A DNA stretch of 63,970 bases, counting the filler, from Reticulomyxa filosa (taxonomy: Eukaryota > Protista > Foraminifera): the NCBI GenBank assembly GCA_000512085.1. It is 27 parts of 27 records of this genome, joined end to end, with 100 filler letters (N's around TTAATTAATTAA, not from the genome) between each part and the next. Parts side by side here need not be neighbours in the genome. Positions count along the whole stretch, not along the records: positions 22,406 to 23,804 come from ASPP01018960.1; positions 23,905 to 25,204 come from ASPP01012782.1; positions 25,305 to 26,342 come from ASPP01004675.1; positions 26,443 to 30,361 come from ASPP01025670.1; positions 30,462 to 32,624 come from ASPP01004458.1; positions 32,725 to 33,801 come from ASPP01032833.1; positions 33,902 to 34,959 come from ASPP01029088.1; positions 35,060 to 37,323 come from ASPP01009957.1; 19 more parts are not named here. One strand, given 5' to 3'. Position 1 is the first letter of the stretch. Each line of letters begins with the position of its first letter. The position numbers were made by a program, and so were the translations under genes. Below the pieces are notes generated by a model, which saw only the letters and a program-made list of their open reading frames with translations, searched no databases and was not told the origin of the DNA. Shown in pieces: positions 23,358 through 35,757 of this stretch.

Positions 23358-23804
23358 ATGAGTAAAGTGGAGGACGAAAAAATTTCAAAAGGATTAAATA
23401 CTGGAGTAACTTCAGTTTCTGTTGAACAACAATGTTTCGACAAAAATTGGATATTACAATTGAATCAACCGGAACAATTTGAACATTTCATTTGCCTCAT
23501 TTGCAAACAAGTTGCAAACTCCCCTGTCGAATTGTGTTGCCCACAACATAAAGGCATTGACGAATCAACTATTGTTGGTGAAAATTGCTTGAAGCAATTT
23601 TTAAAAGCCAATTTGAATTCATGTCCTATCCAACCTCATGAAAATATTGAGTACGTTCGATGTGCTGCGTCACAACGACACATTGATTCCTTGAAAGTGA
23701 TATGTCCACTACAATTTCAAAAGGAATCACAAGGACAGAATGAAAGAAATGAAGGAATAATATGCGATTTCAAAGGGAAAATTAAAGAATTGAATGATCA
23801 TTTG
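23358..23804 (+). CDS. RING/TRAF-type zinc-finger protein, N-terminal part
   Basis: CLICKQVANSPVELCCPQH..VGENCLKQFL..CPIQPH..LKVICP..CDFKGKIKELNDHL. Confidence 0.8.
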
Positions 23805-23954
23805 NNNNNNNNNNNNNNNNNNNNNNNNNNNNNNNNNNNNNNNNNNNNTTAATTAATTAANNNNNNNNNNNNNNNNNNNNNNNNNNNNNNNNNNNNNNNN
23901 NNNNATATATATATATATATATATATGTACATATGCCACATTTGTGTGCATTAG

Positions 23955-24300
23955 AGACACGTTGGAAGAAAATTTGCTGCAACACTTGGACGAAAGTATT
24001 GCATTCATTGACGAAGCACTCCAAAAAAAAGAAAACGTTTTGGTGCATTGTTGGCTAGGTGCCTCTCGCAGTGTGGCCATTGTAGTGGCTTATTTGATGA
24101 AAACACACTCCATGTCTCTGGCTGATGCCTTGCAACTTGTTCAATCCAAACGAGGCTCTTTCTGCAAACCAAATACCAATTTTCTCTTGCAACTCATTCA
24201 ATTTGAAAAAAGTCTGTTCCATGGAAATACCTCTTATGTTATTCCCCCCAAAATCATGGAGCGGTTCTCCAGAAAAACATTAAAATTGTCATCAAAATAA
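23955..24300 (+). CDS. Dual-specificity protein phosphatase, last exon
   Basis: VLVHCWLGASRS (HCX5R), AYLM, PNTNFLLQL. Confidence 0.92.
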
Positions 24301-24580
24301 TTTTTTTTTTTTTTTGAGTTTAAATTCTACTTCATTTTTTTTTCTCTATGAATTTTTTTTCACTATGATTAAACTAACGGAGGAAGATAAAAATGCTGTT
24401 GCTATTTCGCAATCGGTACCACTAAAAACGTTTAGAACATTCGAGAGACAAAAGTAATCGCCAAAGGAATCTCCGCTTCCCCTTTTTTTTTTCAAAAAAA
24501 AAATTTTATCATTTTTAATTATTCATAATAACCACTTTTTCTCTCCTCGTGCATAACACAAGCATCAAAATTTTTAAGTA

Positions 24581-25112
24581 ATGACAGACGCAGAATTAAA
24601 ACTGGTTCTTTTGGGAGATAAGAATGTCGGTGAGTTGAAAGTGGCACAGCGATTGAACCTTAAAAAAACTTTGCACCTTTTTTTTTTTTTTTTTTTAAAA
24701 AAATATTATGGCAAGTTATACTGTTCCACCAATGCCAAGCGAAAAACTTATATGGGGGGGGGAATGAATATACAGGTAAAACAACGTTATTTAATCAATA
24801 TTTGTATGGTGATCCAATGTTTTCACAAGCAGTGAGTAAAAAAAAAAAAAAGCACATTATATAATAAATATATAAAGTGTATGTGCCATATGAAGGGACA
24901 AAGACAAAGGAAGAGCATTATGGCAAAGCTAACAAAAAAATAAAATAAAATAAAAAAATGACAGACAGTAGGGGCGTACTTTTCGCAAAAAACGCTGACG
25001 ATAGACGGTAATGATTACGAAGTGAAAATCTGGGATACAGCCGGAGAAGAGCGCTTTGCTAGTCTCACAAAGTTTTATACGCGAGGAGCGCACGCTGCCA
25101 TCATTGTCTATG
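24581..25112 (+). CDS. Rab-family small GTPase (Rab5/Rab24-like), exons 24581-24629, 24776-24831, 24965-25112, 3' incomplete
   Basis: KLVLLGDKNVGKTT, TVGAYF, IWDTAGEERFASL, YTRGAHAAIIVY; GT-AG junctions keep the frame. Confidence 0.9.
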
Positions 25113-25610
25113 GTATGGTTGTCTATTGACCGACGTACTATATAAACTTGGGCGATTGCATGGATAGAAGTTGTACTGAAGAGAGGGGAAGGGGAAGGGG
25201 AAGTNNNNNNNNNNNNNNNNNNNNNNNNNNNNNNNNNNNNNNNNNNNNTTAATTAATTAANNNNNNNNNNNNNNNNNNNNNNNNNNNNNNNNNNNNNNNN
25301 NNNNTTTTTTTGCAGTTGATTGTACTAATTGTAGAGGACGACTCTGATATCAATTGTATAAGATTGCCTACGAGATATCAAAAAATGGTTTAAAAGTGAT
25401 GCCTACTTAATGGATCCAAAGAGTAAAAACTTTGTTTTAGATTTTCTTTTGACATAAATTTGAGATGTTCCACATGCAATGCTTTTTTTTTTTATTATCA
25501 TTTGAACATGGGGCTTAAAAACAGCTCAATAGACCAAAAGGGAGAACAGAAGAAGAAAAAATTGAAATGTGACTTTAAATTGTCCAAAGACATATCCGTT
25601 ATAGTTTGGG

Positions 25611-26302
25611 TTAGGAGGAGTACATCTTGAGCAAATGAGCACTTTTTCTGTCGTCTTTGTTTTGAAAACTCATACTATTGTTGTTCGAGTGACTTTCCTC
25701 CCATGGCAAATCATCGTCTTTATTTTGTAAGCGTTGAAATGCGGAATAGCTCAAATTTTCTGAGATGACGATGAGATGTCCATTTTGGAAGCTAATTTGT
25801 GCACTTCGGCAATCTTCAAGTTGCCAATGTTTTCGGCATAAAAATGCAACAATGGCACAAAAAACTAAAGAAATGATAGCAGAATACGCTTCCCTCATGA
25901 CAAGAGTATCATAGCGATGGCCTTTATCCAAAGATACCCTGGAAACAACCATAATGGTACTTGGTAAAAACACGGATAAAAACAAAGATTGGATGGTGAA
26001 GAATTTGGCACGAGGAGAATAAGGATGCAAGACATTACTCGTCCCACGCATTAGTACGAATAGTCCATAAAGACACAGAACTGCACTGCCCGCATTGCAC
26101 CAAACTGCCCAATGAAATGACTCATTATCCCCTCTTCGCTTTTTCATAAGAATGATAAACATCCACAAAGGTCCCAGCACACAAAATTGGATTATCAATG
26201 TGTACACAATAAGAAAGTCGCGATGGTTCATATGTTTCATTTTTTCACAACGACGAAAACAGCAAGCTAATGGAAATGCGCTCCAATATTTCACTGATTC
26301 GC
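25611..26302 (-). CDS. TMEM184/OSTalpha-family membrane protein, last exon
   Basis: IIQFCVLGP, NAGSAVLCLYGLFVL..LHPYSPRAKFFTIQ resemble the OSTalpha motif; several hydrophobic helices. Confidence 0.68.
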
Positions 26303-26342
<40 letters not shown>

Positions 26343-26442
26343 NNNNNNNNNNNNNNNNNNNNNNNNNNNNNNNNNNNNNNNNNNNNTTAATTAATTAANN
26401 NNNNNNNNNNNNNNNNNNNNNNNNNNNNNNNNNNNNNNNNNN

Positions 26443-26984
26443 GCGTCCACGACTATGTCCGTCAGGTGGTCCGCTAATTCGACACTCAACTTAGTTCGAA
26501 GTGATGTCCTTGCCACTTGTAACAATAACTCACGACTAATCTCTTCCGTCTTTTCGTCCATCACTGTCACTGCTGATTCTTCCAGATATTTCACTGCCTC
26601 GTCTCTTGCCAATTCGATTCCTTCCACTATCACTCGTGGGTGCATTCCTTCTGCTATGTATCTCTCCGCTTGACGCAACAACTCGCCTGCCAATACCACC
26701 ACGCTTGTCGTCCCATCTCCTGTCACGTCGTCTTGTGCCACTGCCGTTCGTGCTATCAGTGCTGCTGTTGGGTGCTGGATTTGCATCTCCTTCAATAACA
26801 CGTTCCCATCTTTTGTCAACTTTATTTGACCGGCTCCGCCCACCAACATCTTCAATGTCCCGTTCGGACCCAAGTTGCTCTTCAACACATTCATCATTCC
26901 CTTTGCTGCTGCTATGTTTGCTGACAACGCATGATGCTTCGAAATCACATCTGCTCTCGGATTTATCTCATGAACTGCTGGCAT
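26443..26984 (-). CDS. CCT6: T-complex protein 1 subunit zeta, 3' incomplete
   Basis: [53 protein letters not shown]. Confidence 0.96.
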
Positions 26985-28834
26985 TTTCTTCTCTCTTTAC
27001 CCTTTTGGTCTATATGCACGTAAAGCCAACACAAACAAAAGAATACCCCCCTTTTTTTTTTTTTGACAGAGGGCTTTCGTGTTTAAGAAACAACTGAAAA
27101 AGGAGTGCAATAAATTGAAACTATATACTTTTTTGGTGAAGCAAAAGAAAGCAATGGAGCAGTTTGAAACAATGGAATTATAAAAATTTTGCAAAAATTA
27201 TTTGGAAAAGATATAGCCAAAAGGTCACGTATAAAAAGTTTAACATGCGAATGAGAATTGTGTTTCTATTTTAAAACTGAGGATAACACAAGAGTTAAGA
27301 ATTAATGTTTTTATTTTTATCCGTTCATGTTCTGGAGATGCTAGTATAAGTGAAGTTGTTGTTTACATAAATGAAACAAATGAAACTATTTTTATTCCAG
27401 CTTTAGATCACAAAGGGAAGAAAAATGTTCATTCGTTTAAAAAATTCTTCGTTATATCATAACAAAAAAATTTTGTGAAAAAGGATATACATATACTATA
27501 CTGTGCTCATATTGTTGATAGAATACATCACACTTAAGCTGGTTTGCATGCAATTGATTGTTCTCAGTTGAGTGAATCTATTGCAATACACATGTTTTCT
27601 CCATATAAGTTTTTCATGATATTAATTAAAGTCAAGTTTCTAATAACTACAAAGAAAAGCGCAAAACTTAACTTATTGTCACGAGAAAGATTCTACATAT
27701 GCTTCAAAAGAACACACAAAGATCAAACAGCTTTTAGTTTGTTGAACAAAAATAATAAACCGAAAGTTAAAACTTTTTCATTTATTTTTTCCTAAGAAAA
27801 TTTCATCATCATCATTCTGTTAAAAAACATTGCTCATTTCAGATATGGAACAAGAAGACAACAAACCTTACAGTTTGTTGTCAAAAAACACACATTACAA
27901 ATACGAAAATAAAAAAAATGGAACTAACAACCCCTTTGTAACACGTTACCTTGGTTGATTATTTGAAAAATTTCTTTTTAATAAAACAAATAAATATCAC
28001 AATAACTGCATAACTGAACTAAAAAAGGTTTCTTTATTTGATTGATTAAAATTAGGTCATTTTTAAAAACAGGTTCAAAAAAATAAAAAATGATCCACAA
28101 CTTTGATTATTGTTCAACATAAAGGATTCTTCGTTTTTTGTTATGTTTCTACAAAAAAAGTTGACTGATGCATTATTATTGATCTTAGAAAGGTTTGTTT
28201 TCAAAAAAGGTAACGTCTTTCACGCTTCCGTAGAACTCAAAAGTACTTTTATGAATAAATGTGTCATCGTCATTCTGTAGCATTATCTAATTTATTTTAG
28301 ATATGAAATTAGCAATAAAGACAGTAGCTATTGTTAAGTGTTTTGAAAAAATATAAAAAATAATTTTTTGTACGATACAAGCCATTCAAAATAAAAAAAA
28401 AATGTATTCATTTTATGGAATTTCAAAAATTATTTTGTCCAGATGACTCGTCTTGATTCTTTTTTTTTAAGAAGCAGCAGGGACAAAAGAGCTGAAAGAT
28501 TAACATGCAGTAACTGGTCTGTTGAATGAAGTGGATCACAAGAAACAGATCACATTCTAGAATTCATAATAATTTATCATTCGGTTGTTCAAAGCTTTTG
28601 AGATAGATTTGTTCCAGTTAGACTCCTACGCTACCAGTTTACTACTTCAGCGCCATTTCTATCATTTTTATTTTTTGTCTGGCTATGTAGACATGTTAAA
28701 GTGTGTTCTTCAAAGCTTTGTAAGCTAAGAAATTGTTGAACTCATCAAACCTGCTATCAAAAAAAAGAAATATTTTTTAAAGAATAACCTTAAATATCAA
28801 TATGAAGATAAAATCAAACAACCAAAAGGGTATT

Positions 28835-30357
28835 CAAAAAGGGGGTGGTTCCATTTTTTTATTTTGTTGTTTGTCATGGGCTTTCTGTTGAACTAGTTTA
28901 ATAGTTTAAGCAGAACTTCTTTTGTTAATTGAATGTTGCAAGACATTATGTATCCTACTACTTGAAAAGGCTTGATTTGTTGAGTGTTTTATTTGTTTTG
29001 AAATTATAACATTTGACCAAATTGATTGTCGCGACTGAAAACAATAATCATTGTTAATGTCATTTTTTCCAATTGTCTTAAGAGAAAGACTGTCAAATTT
29101 GTGATCACTCAGATGAAGTTAAAAAGGTATCGAGTGTGGTTTTGTTATAATTTCTGACAAATTTGTTTTATCATTTGTACTGAATTTTATTTATTAATTA
29201 TTCCAATAATAAAACCTTTCAAATATTACAAATATTTTTGAGTGACATTCAATTTATGAGCAAAAAGTTTAATTTTTTTATTTTATGCATATATTTGTTC
29301 ATGAATACTGTTTCTTAACTTGTGCAAGAAAAAAAAGATTGTGCATCAACACCGATTTGTTATTCGGGATAATACAAAACATTTTTTAATTTTCTTTAAA
29401 TAATTGATAATTACTATCAATAATTAAAAAAAATAATTAGTTTTACAATCTTGCGTTTTTGTAAACAATGGAGAAATAAGATAAAAAAGTTCAAAAATAA
29501 CAATTAACACAAAGTTTTTTTTACACAAACACAACTCTTTCTTTGTTTAAAACAGAAGCAGTGAAGAGGACCGAAAGGAGAAAAACAAGAAAGAAGAGAA
29601 AGTTTTTTTTTTGTACTTGAAGACGTATATGAATTAGAGTTTTTTTGTTTTTTATGGAAAAAAAATATTTTAGAACTACCAAAATATATTGAAATTTATT
29701 TTCGATTTTTAAATTCTTTTTCTGTTGATAAATTTGTCTGTGACAACAACCTCAAAACAACAAATTGCTTGGACTCACAAATTAGTCAATTTCATCATGA
29801 AGAAAAAAATGAGGCATTACTTTATTGCCTTAAGAAAAAAATCAGCATTCGTGGAATGAGTTATAGTAACGCTTCCTCATTAATTGACACTATTGGTCAC
29901 TTTTTTTCAATTAAAGTCAAAGCGAACAACGGATTGTCGTTGTTCAAATGCCTTGGTGCCGACAAAGGAAAATCATTGTAAAATAATACAGTTTGCGGCA
30001 TTTCATTTAATTCCAAAGTTAACAGCATCTAGTCGTTTACATTTATAACGACTTTCATTAAATAGTATTGTAAAATTCGTGATTGTATGTTCAAGTCGAA
30101 TACACACGTATCAATAATGAGTCGGCCTCAAGTCTTTATAACACACAAATTGCATTATGAAAAAACTTGATTAAATTGATTATTCTGCACAAAAGAAAGA
30201 AAGCATTTAACAAATCAAGTTCTTTCAAGTAGAAGGATGCGTAATGTCTTTGCTACATTCAATTAACAAAAGGCGTTCTTGTTTAAACTGTTAAACTAAG
30301 TTCAACAGAAAGCACATGACAAACAACAAAATAAAAAAAATGGAACTACCCCTTTTG
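28835..30357. mobile_element. Putative non-autonomous DNA transposon (~1.5 kb) with ~160-bp imperfect inverted repeats
   Basis: 28835-~28990 aligns by eye with the reverse complement of ~30200-30357. ATT flanks both ends. No long ORF inside. Confidence 0.62.
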
Positions 30358-32829
30358 ATTANNNNNNNNNNNNNNNNNNNNNNNNNNNNNNNNNNNNNNN
30401 NNNNNTTAATTAATTAANNNNNNNNNNNNNNNNNNNNNNNNNNNNNNNNNNNNNNNNNNNNAAGCAAATCGAAGATAGCAATGAAGAAAAGAAAGAAGTT
30501 GCTCAAGATACGAGCAATTGAAGAAGAAAGAAGCGCAAAACTTTTGCAGTTGCGTACAAACTATGCACGTGCATTCAAATAAAATTCAAGAATGGTTGTA
30601 GATAAAAAAAATTGTTAAAACGAAACATAATCGTTCAAATGCGCAAATCGTGGTGGAATGTGACGTATTCTGATCAACAGACTGCTGTTTTCCAGCGAGT
30701 GTGGAAACAATATGCATAAGTGAATTGATGACCAAAGAAGTTTGATTTTAAGTTTTTTTTTTTTTGTGTGTGCAAACAAAAATGTTTATGTTTACGTATA
30801 TCTAAAAAAAAATCCTTTTTTTTTTGATAGGCTGAAATTCTTTGATTACCGATTTTATCTGATGTTGCTTATGGATTGAATAAAGTTTATGGAAGCATTT
30901 GGTGCGATTGGCTACTAACTATTTTAAAAAAAGAAGCTAGTCTAACGTGTATACTCAAATGGACAACATCCAAAACTCAATTATTTGAACAACATTCATT
31001 TTAGCATAAAAATACTAGTTTTGCCTCAAATCAGTCTTCTTGAGTACAATTTGCATTTTTTAACATGTATAAAAAAATTGATCAAACAAAGATTATATGA
31101 TGTCCATGCGTAAAGAAACTCGAGTTCGACTGTATTTTGTATACATATAACTAGAAGAATAAATTAATGGAATAAATCCATGTGGTGATTGTGGAAGATA
31201 GAAAAAGAGAATCAAAGAATAAATAAATGCAGAAATGATGGCTTTCATTGCTTACACCATTGATTACACATTATGTGTGCATGTGTTTGTATCAAAAATG
31301 TATTATTGTGATATCAGTAACAACACTAATAGATTTGATGATCTGTTATCTTGCTCAATTGAGATTCAAACGTTTCGTAAAAATATATATTTGTATACTT
31401 ATGTATGTGTATTTATTTCATAAACAAATAATAATAAAACTGAAGAAAAATCGATTTAATTGTGTAATTGTCATTTTTCAATGCATAGAACAAAAGGATT
31501 ACGTGCATATCATTATTCTTGTCTATGTGACAACAACAACAAACTTGAAGACGATATGTACCAATCAATCAGTAAATCGTTAAAAATGTTTATATGTTAA
31601 TTTGTAATTTTTTTAAATGTTCTTACATTTGTATAAATTTGTACATTCATGTACGTTATAGACATCAACTATCAATCGATTGCTCATCAGTCTCTTTGTA
31701 TGAATGTTAAATTTTCTGTGTATTTGTGACCTATGTTGTATTATATAATAATCTTTTAACGAAATAAAAAAAAAAATAGATTTGCAATTTGTCAAATGTC
31801 TTGAATTCTGAATGCTAATTTGGTTATTTCAAACATGAAGAATCATTTAATACACAAGCACAAATAGTCTCAATCTCCATTTTATCAATCTTGCTTGAAT
31901 ATAAATAAATAATATATATATCGATTGACTACATTTCATCTTCAATTTATAGCCATTACAAGGTAATATTTTGTAAATTTATTCATATATTTCTCTTCTG
32001 CTTTTGAATAAATTTTTTAATTTAATAGATCACTTCAACAAATGTAAAGAAATTTCGCAAAATATAAAAAAAATGCCTTGACATTACCGAAGCATCAATT
32101 AAATCAATTGGTGCGTGAAGAAAAATTAAAATCATGAGCCAATCAATTCAATAGCAATTTTGATAAAATTTGAAGTGTAATTTTGTTGTTGTTTTTATTG
32201 TTATTACATTTCCAATTGTGTTTTCCTTTGGTTTTGTTAAGTTACTGATCAATGTAAACTGAAAAAGGTATCAACTAAATAATTGAATAAATACAATTTA
32301 ATTAAATACTTGTAAAAAGGAGGATTTACTGTTTTGGGTTTAATAATAGTAATGCTACACTTTCCTACATTCTTTTACAGAACAACCTGACAAATCAATG
32401 GAATCCTTAAATATTTTTAAAAAAAAGTAATTGAGAATATGGATAATTCTATTGGTGAAACAGCTTCTGCTTTGACATTTTTGTTTTAAACAAAAATACC
32501 AATTTGAAAGTGGCAATCACATATTTGAAGGAGCAATGGAGAATAGAAAATAAAGTGTCAAGATAGTCGAACAAAGAACAAACAAAAAACTAAAGAATTG
32601 AGCACAAGTGTTAAATGAACAAGANNNNNNNNNNNNNNNNNNNNNNNNNNNNNNNNNNNNNNNNNNNNTTAATTAATTAANNNNNNNNNNNNNNNNNNNN
32701 NNNNNNNNNNNNNNNNNNNNNNNNTCTTTTTTAAGTCTCTTGATATTGGTATTAATCAATAATAAAGATATAATGTCTGCAGTGCTTTCATTTTTACTGG
32801 ATGCGCCAGTATCTTGTAAGGAAGACAGG

Positions 32830-33756
32830 GCAAACAAACTCTGGGATAAACTAGACAAAGTACACGACTGTCAGTAACAGACCTTTTATATTTAGAGCAA
32901 AGTGAATGGGACGAGATTTTCACGCAAATTGGAGGAGCCAAAGCCACAAAACGTAGAATTATGGAAGCACTGGATGCCCTCCATCTGAGTTCAGATTTAG
33001 GCACTCAGTTAATCAAAAATCAATCTTTTTTTTTTATTTTATTTGCTAAGATTTATAATATTAATTTGAACTGTATAAAACAATATTTTGGATTAACCTA
33101 TTTCACGATGAATGAAGCACAAAATTTAATTCAAAGCTTCGACAACATTTGCTCACTCGATGATCAACCTTGAACTTATTGGCCTCCAAGGTTATTTTAC
33201 CATTTTTGCAAAGATTGGATTGGAATTTGCAAGATGTGTTGCTCATGGTGCGCACATGGAAAAGACATTTCAAAGAAAAAACCACAAACAGCGATAATAT
33301 GAGTCGATTAGAGAAGCTTGGGGACATTGTAACAAAAGTTTGGGGATACTCTGAAAATAACAAAAATGCACCGAACAAGGACTTGGAGCTTCATAGTTTA
33401 AGAAGGAGTCGGCCCAATTTGTTTCCCTCGAAACATGGTAAAGAGCTGAGCATGCATTGATTTGCAAAGAAACAACGATGGAAGAAGAGATAGAATGCAC
33501 GTTGCTCCGCGCCTTGCACTGCGCACAATGGAGTGATAAAACTCCGTTGTATTGTTTGGTTTGGCCCGAAAAATTGAGAATGGAAGTATTGAGTAAAGTC
33601 GTTCAGTTGTTTCAAGGTTTACTTTTGACGTCCTTGCAATCTAGAGCCACTTTTTGCTATGTGCTTGCAGTGGTTTCTTTGGATGAATGCAACGATTTGA
33701 CACGTAGTTTGCAAAGCTGTACATTGAGCGTTGATAACTCCATCCACAATGTATAG
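32830..33756 (+). pseudogene. RNF213-like fragment preceded by a SAM-like domain, frameshifted
   Basis: SAM-like VTDLLYLEQSEWDEIF..KRRIMEAL; then LTYFTMNEAQNL, LEKLGDIV, RPNL, LICKETTMEEEIECTLLRA, LYCLVWPEKLRMEV in RNF213 order. Frame changes near 33170 and 33460. Confidence 0.55.
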
Positions 33757-33901
33757 GCCAGAGTTTGTATTGTAACTCGTTGAATACATTTTTGACATGT
33801 ANNNNNNNNNNNNNNNNNNNNNNNNNNNNNNNNNNNNNNNNNNNNTTAATTAATTAANNNNNNNNNNNNNNNNNNNNNNNNNNNNNNNNNNNNNNNNNNN
33901 N

Positions 33902-34809
33902 TTCTTTCTCTTTCACAATCACTGGACTCGTCTTGGAGGGTTTTTCATGAGATATTTTTGTATCTTCTTTTTTTTCATCGTCATTAAATTCGTGGATATT
34001 CCCTACTTTTTTCTGCTTGTATTCCATCGTGGAGACTGCAGTCTTGCCTTCTTCTTCCTCTCCTCCTATCATTTTATCTGCGATAAATTTATTGCCGCTT
34101 TGATCTCGGATTCCAGTTTGCTCTTCTCCCCGCTCTCCTTCTTTTGTTCGCGTATCCATGTACATCCGTTCCTCGTTCTCTCCATTTTCGCTGATGTTTT
34201 CACTAATTACTTTCAATCGCAAACAACATGTGTCGCTGTTTTTATATCGCTCTGCCCAAATCGTCTTCAAATCTTCACCACTTTGTATTTTCTTGTCTTG
34301 ACCACTTTCGCTTAACCATTCATTATTTGTTGATATCCCCACAAATTTTTTCAAATCCTCAAAGTGTTGGCTCCAATCCTTTGTTTCCATTTCGTGACGG
34401 AAATTCGGATCATTGGAATTTTTTGGACACCATGTCATGAGTTTGTCTTCTTTCGTTATTAGTAAGCATCGCTTTGTTTGTAGAGCCATATATATACACA
34501 CATTTTTATTTTATTTAAAAATTTAAAATATATATATTAGTCTAACCATTTTTAGCGTGTAATACATTGCTGTTATATTTTTATTGAGTTCATTCCAAAG
34601 ATCCATTAGATCATCGTCATTATCAATTTGATGATCTGGATTGTCTTTTTTATAAAAAGAAATGTGGATGTATCTGTCAATTTTAGTTGATCTTTGATTA
34701 TTTTCAACAATTGTTTCCAATTTGCCTCTTTTGATCTTTCCATTTGTCCTTTGTCGTCTAGATCAATTGCTTTGAAAATTACTTTTTCATTGCCATAAGG
34801 TTCAATCAC
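33902..34809 (-). CDS. Hypothetical protein with two similar PB1-like modules; frameshift near 34650
   Basis: NWKQLLKIIK..QIDNDDDLMDLW and DWSQHFEDLKK..KIQSGEDLKTIW, followed by a charged low-complexity region. Confidence 0.35.
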
Positions 34810-35079
34810 AAAATATTTTTCCTAATGTTTTTTATTTGTTTGATATTATTTTCAGGTTAAAAGGTTTGCATATTTTTTAAAACACGTAACCGTTGACTCC
34901 AAAATGTTTTTCCCTTCTTCTTTTTTACACATGAGGTAAAAGATAATAACAACCTGTTCNNNNNNNNNNNNNNNNNNNNNNNNNNNNNNNNNNNNNNNNN
35001 NNNTTAATTAATTAANNNNNNNNNNNNNNNNNNNNNNNNNNNNNNNNNNNNNNNNNNNNAATCAATATATGTACACATA

Positions 35080-35705
35080 TATACCAGCATAATATTTAGG
35101 GACTGATTCTTTTTTGCGCAGTTTTGCAATATAACCATGTAGCCTTTCAATTTCTTCGCGACTGCTTTTCATCAACGCGTATTTGCTTTCTGTCATGTCT
35201 TTGAGTTGCTCTTTGTGCCGTGTGATTTCGTCCAGCAGCTCTTCTTTGGAGGCATTTTCCAAGTTTTTCATATTCAAACTGTGGCGGCCCCACTTCTTAC
35301 GTGTTGAATGGGGGTCTTTGGAGCTGGAAGGTTTGTTTTTTTTGGCATCGGCAGTGATGGCATGTTTGTCGTTTTCATTGGAGCAAGATTTTTTCTCTTT
35401 CTCTTTCTCTTTTTCGTCAATGTGGGTCTGAGGTTGAGAGGGACGGCTTTTGTGCTGTTCCTCTTTTCCTTTGTCACGGTCGGGTGTTTCTGGAGTCCCT
35501 GGGCGCTTCATATGCAAAGATTTAGAGCGAGTTGCATCAGCCTCTGTTTCTCGTTCCTCTGTCTTTCCGTTGGCATTACGTTTATCTTTTCTTTCGTCAT
35601 TTATCTTTTTTATGGGTTTTATTTTCATATCCGTCTTTGTTGACGTTGCCATCGTTATCGTTGTTATTATGATTATGATTATCATTACCATTACCATTAC
35701 CATCA

Positions 35706-35757
<52 letters not shown>

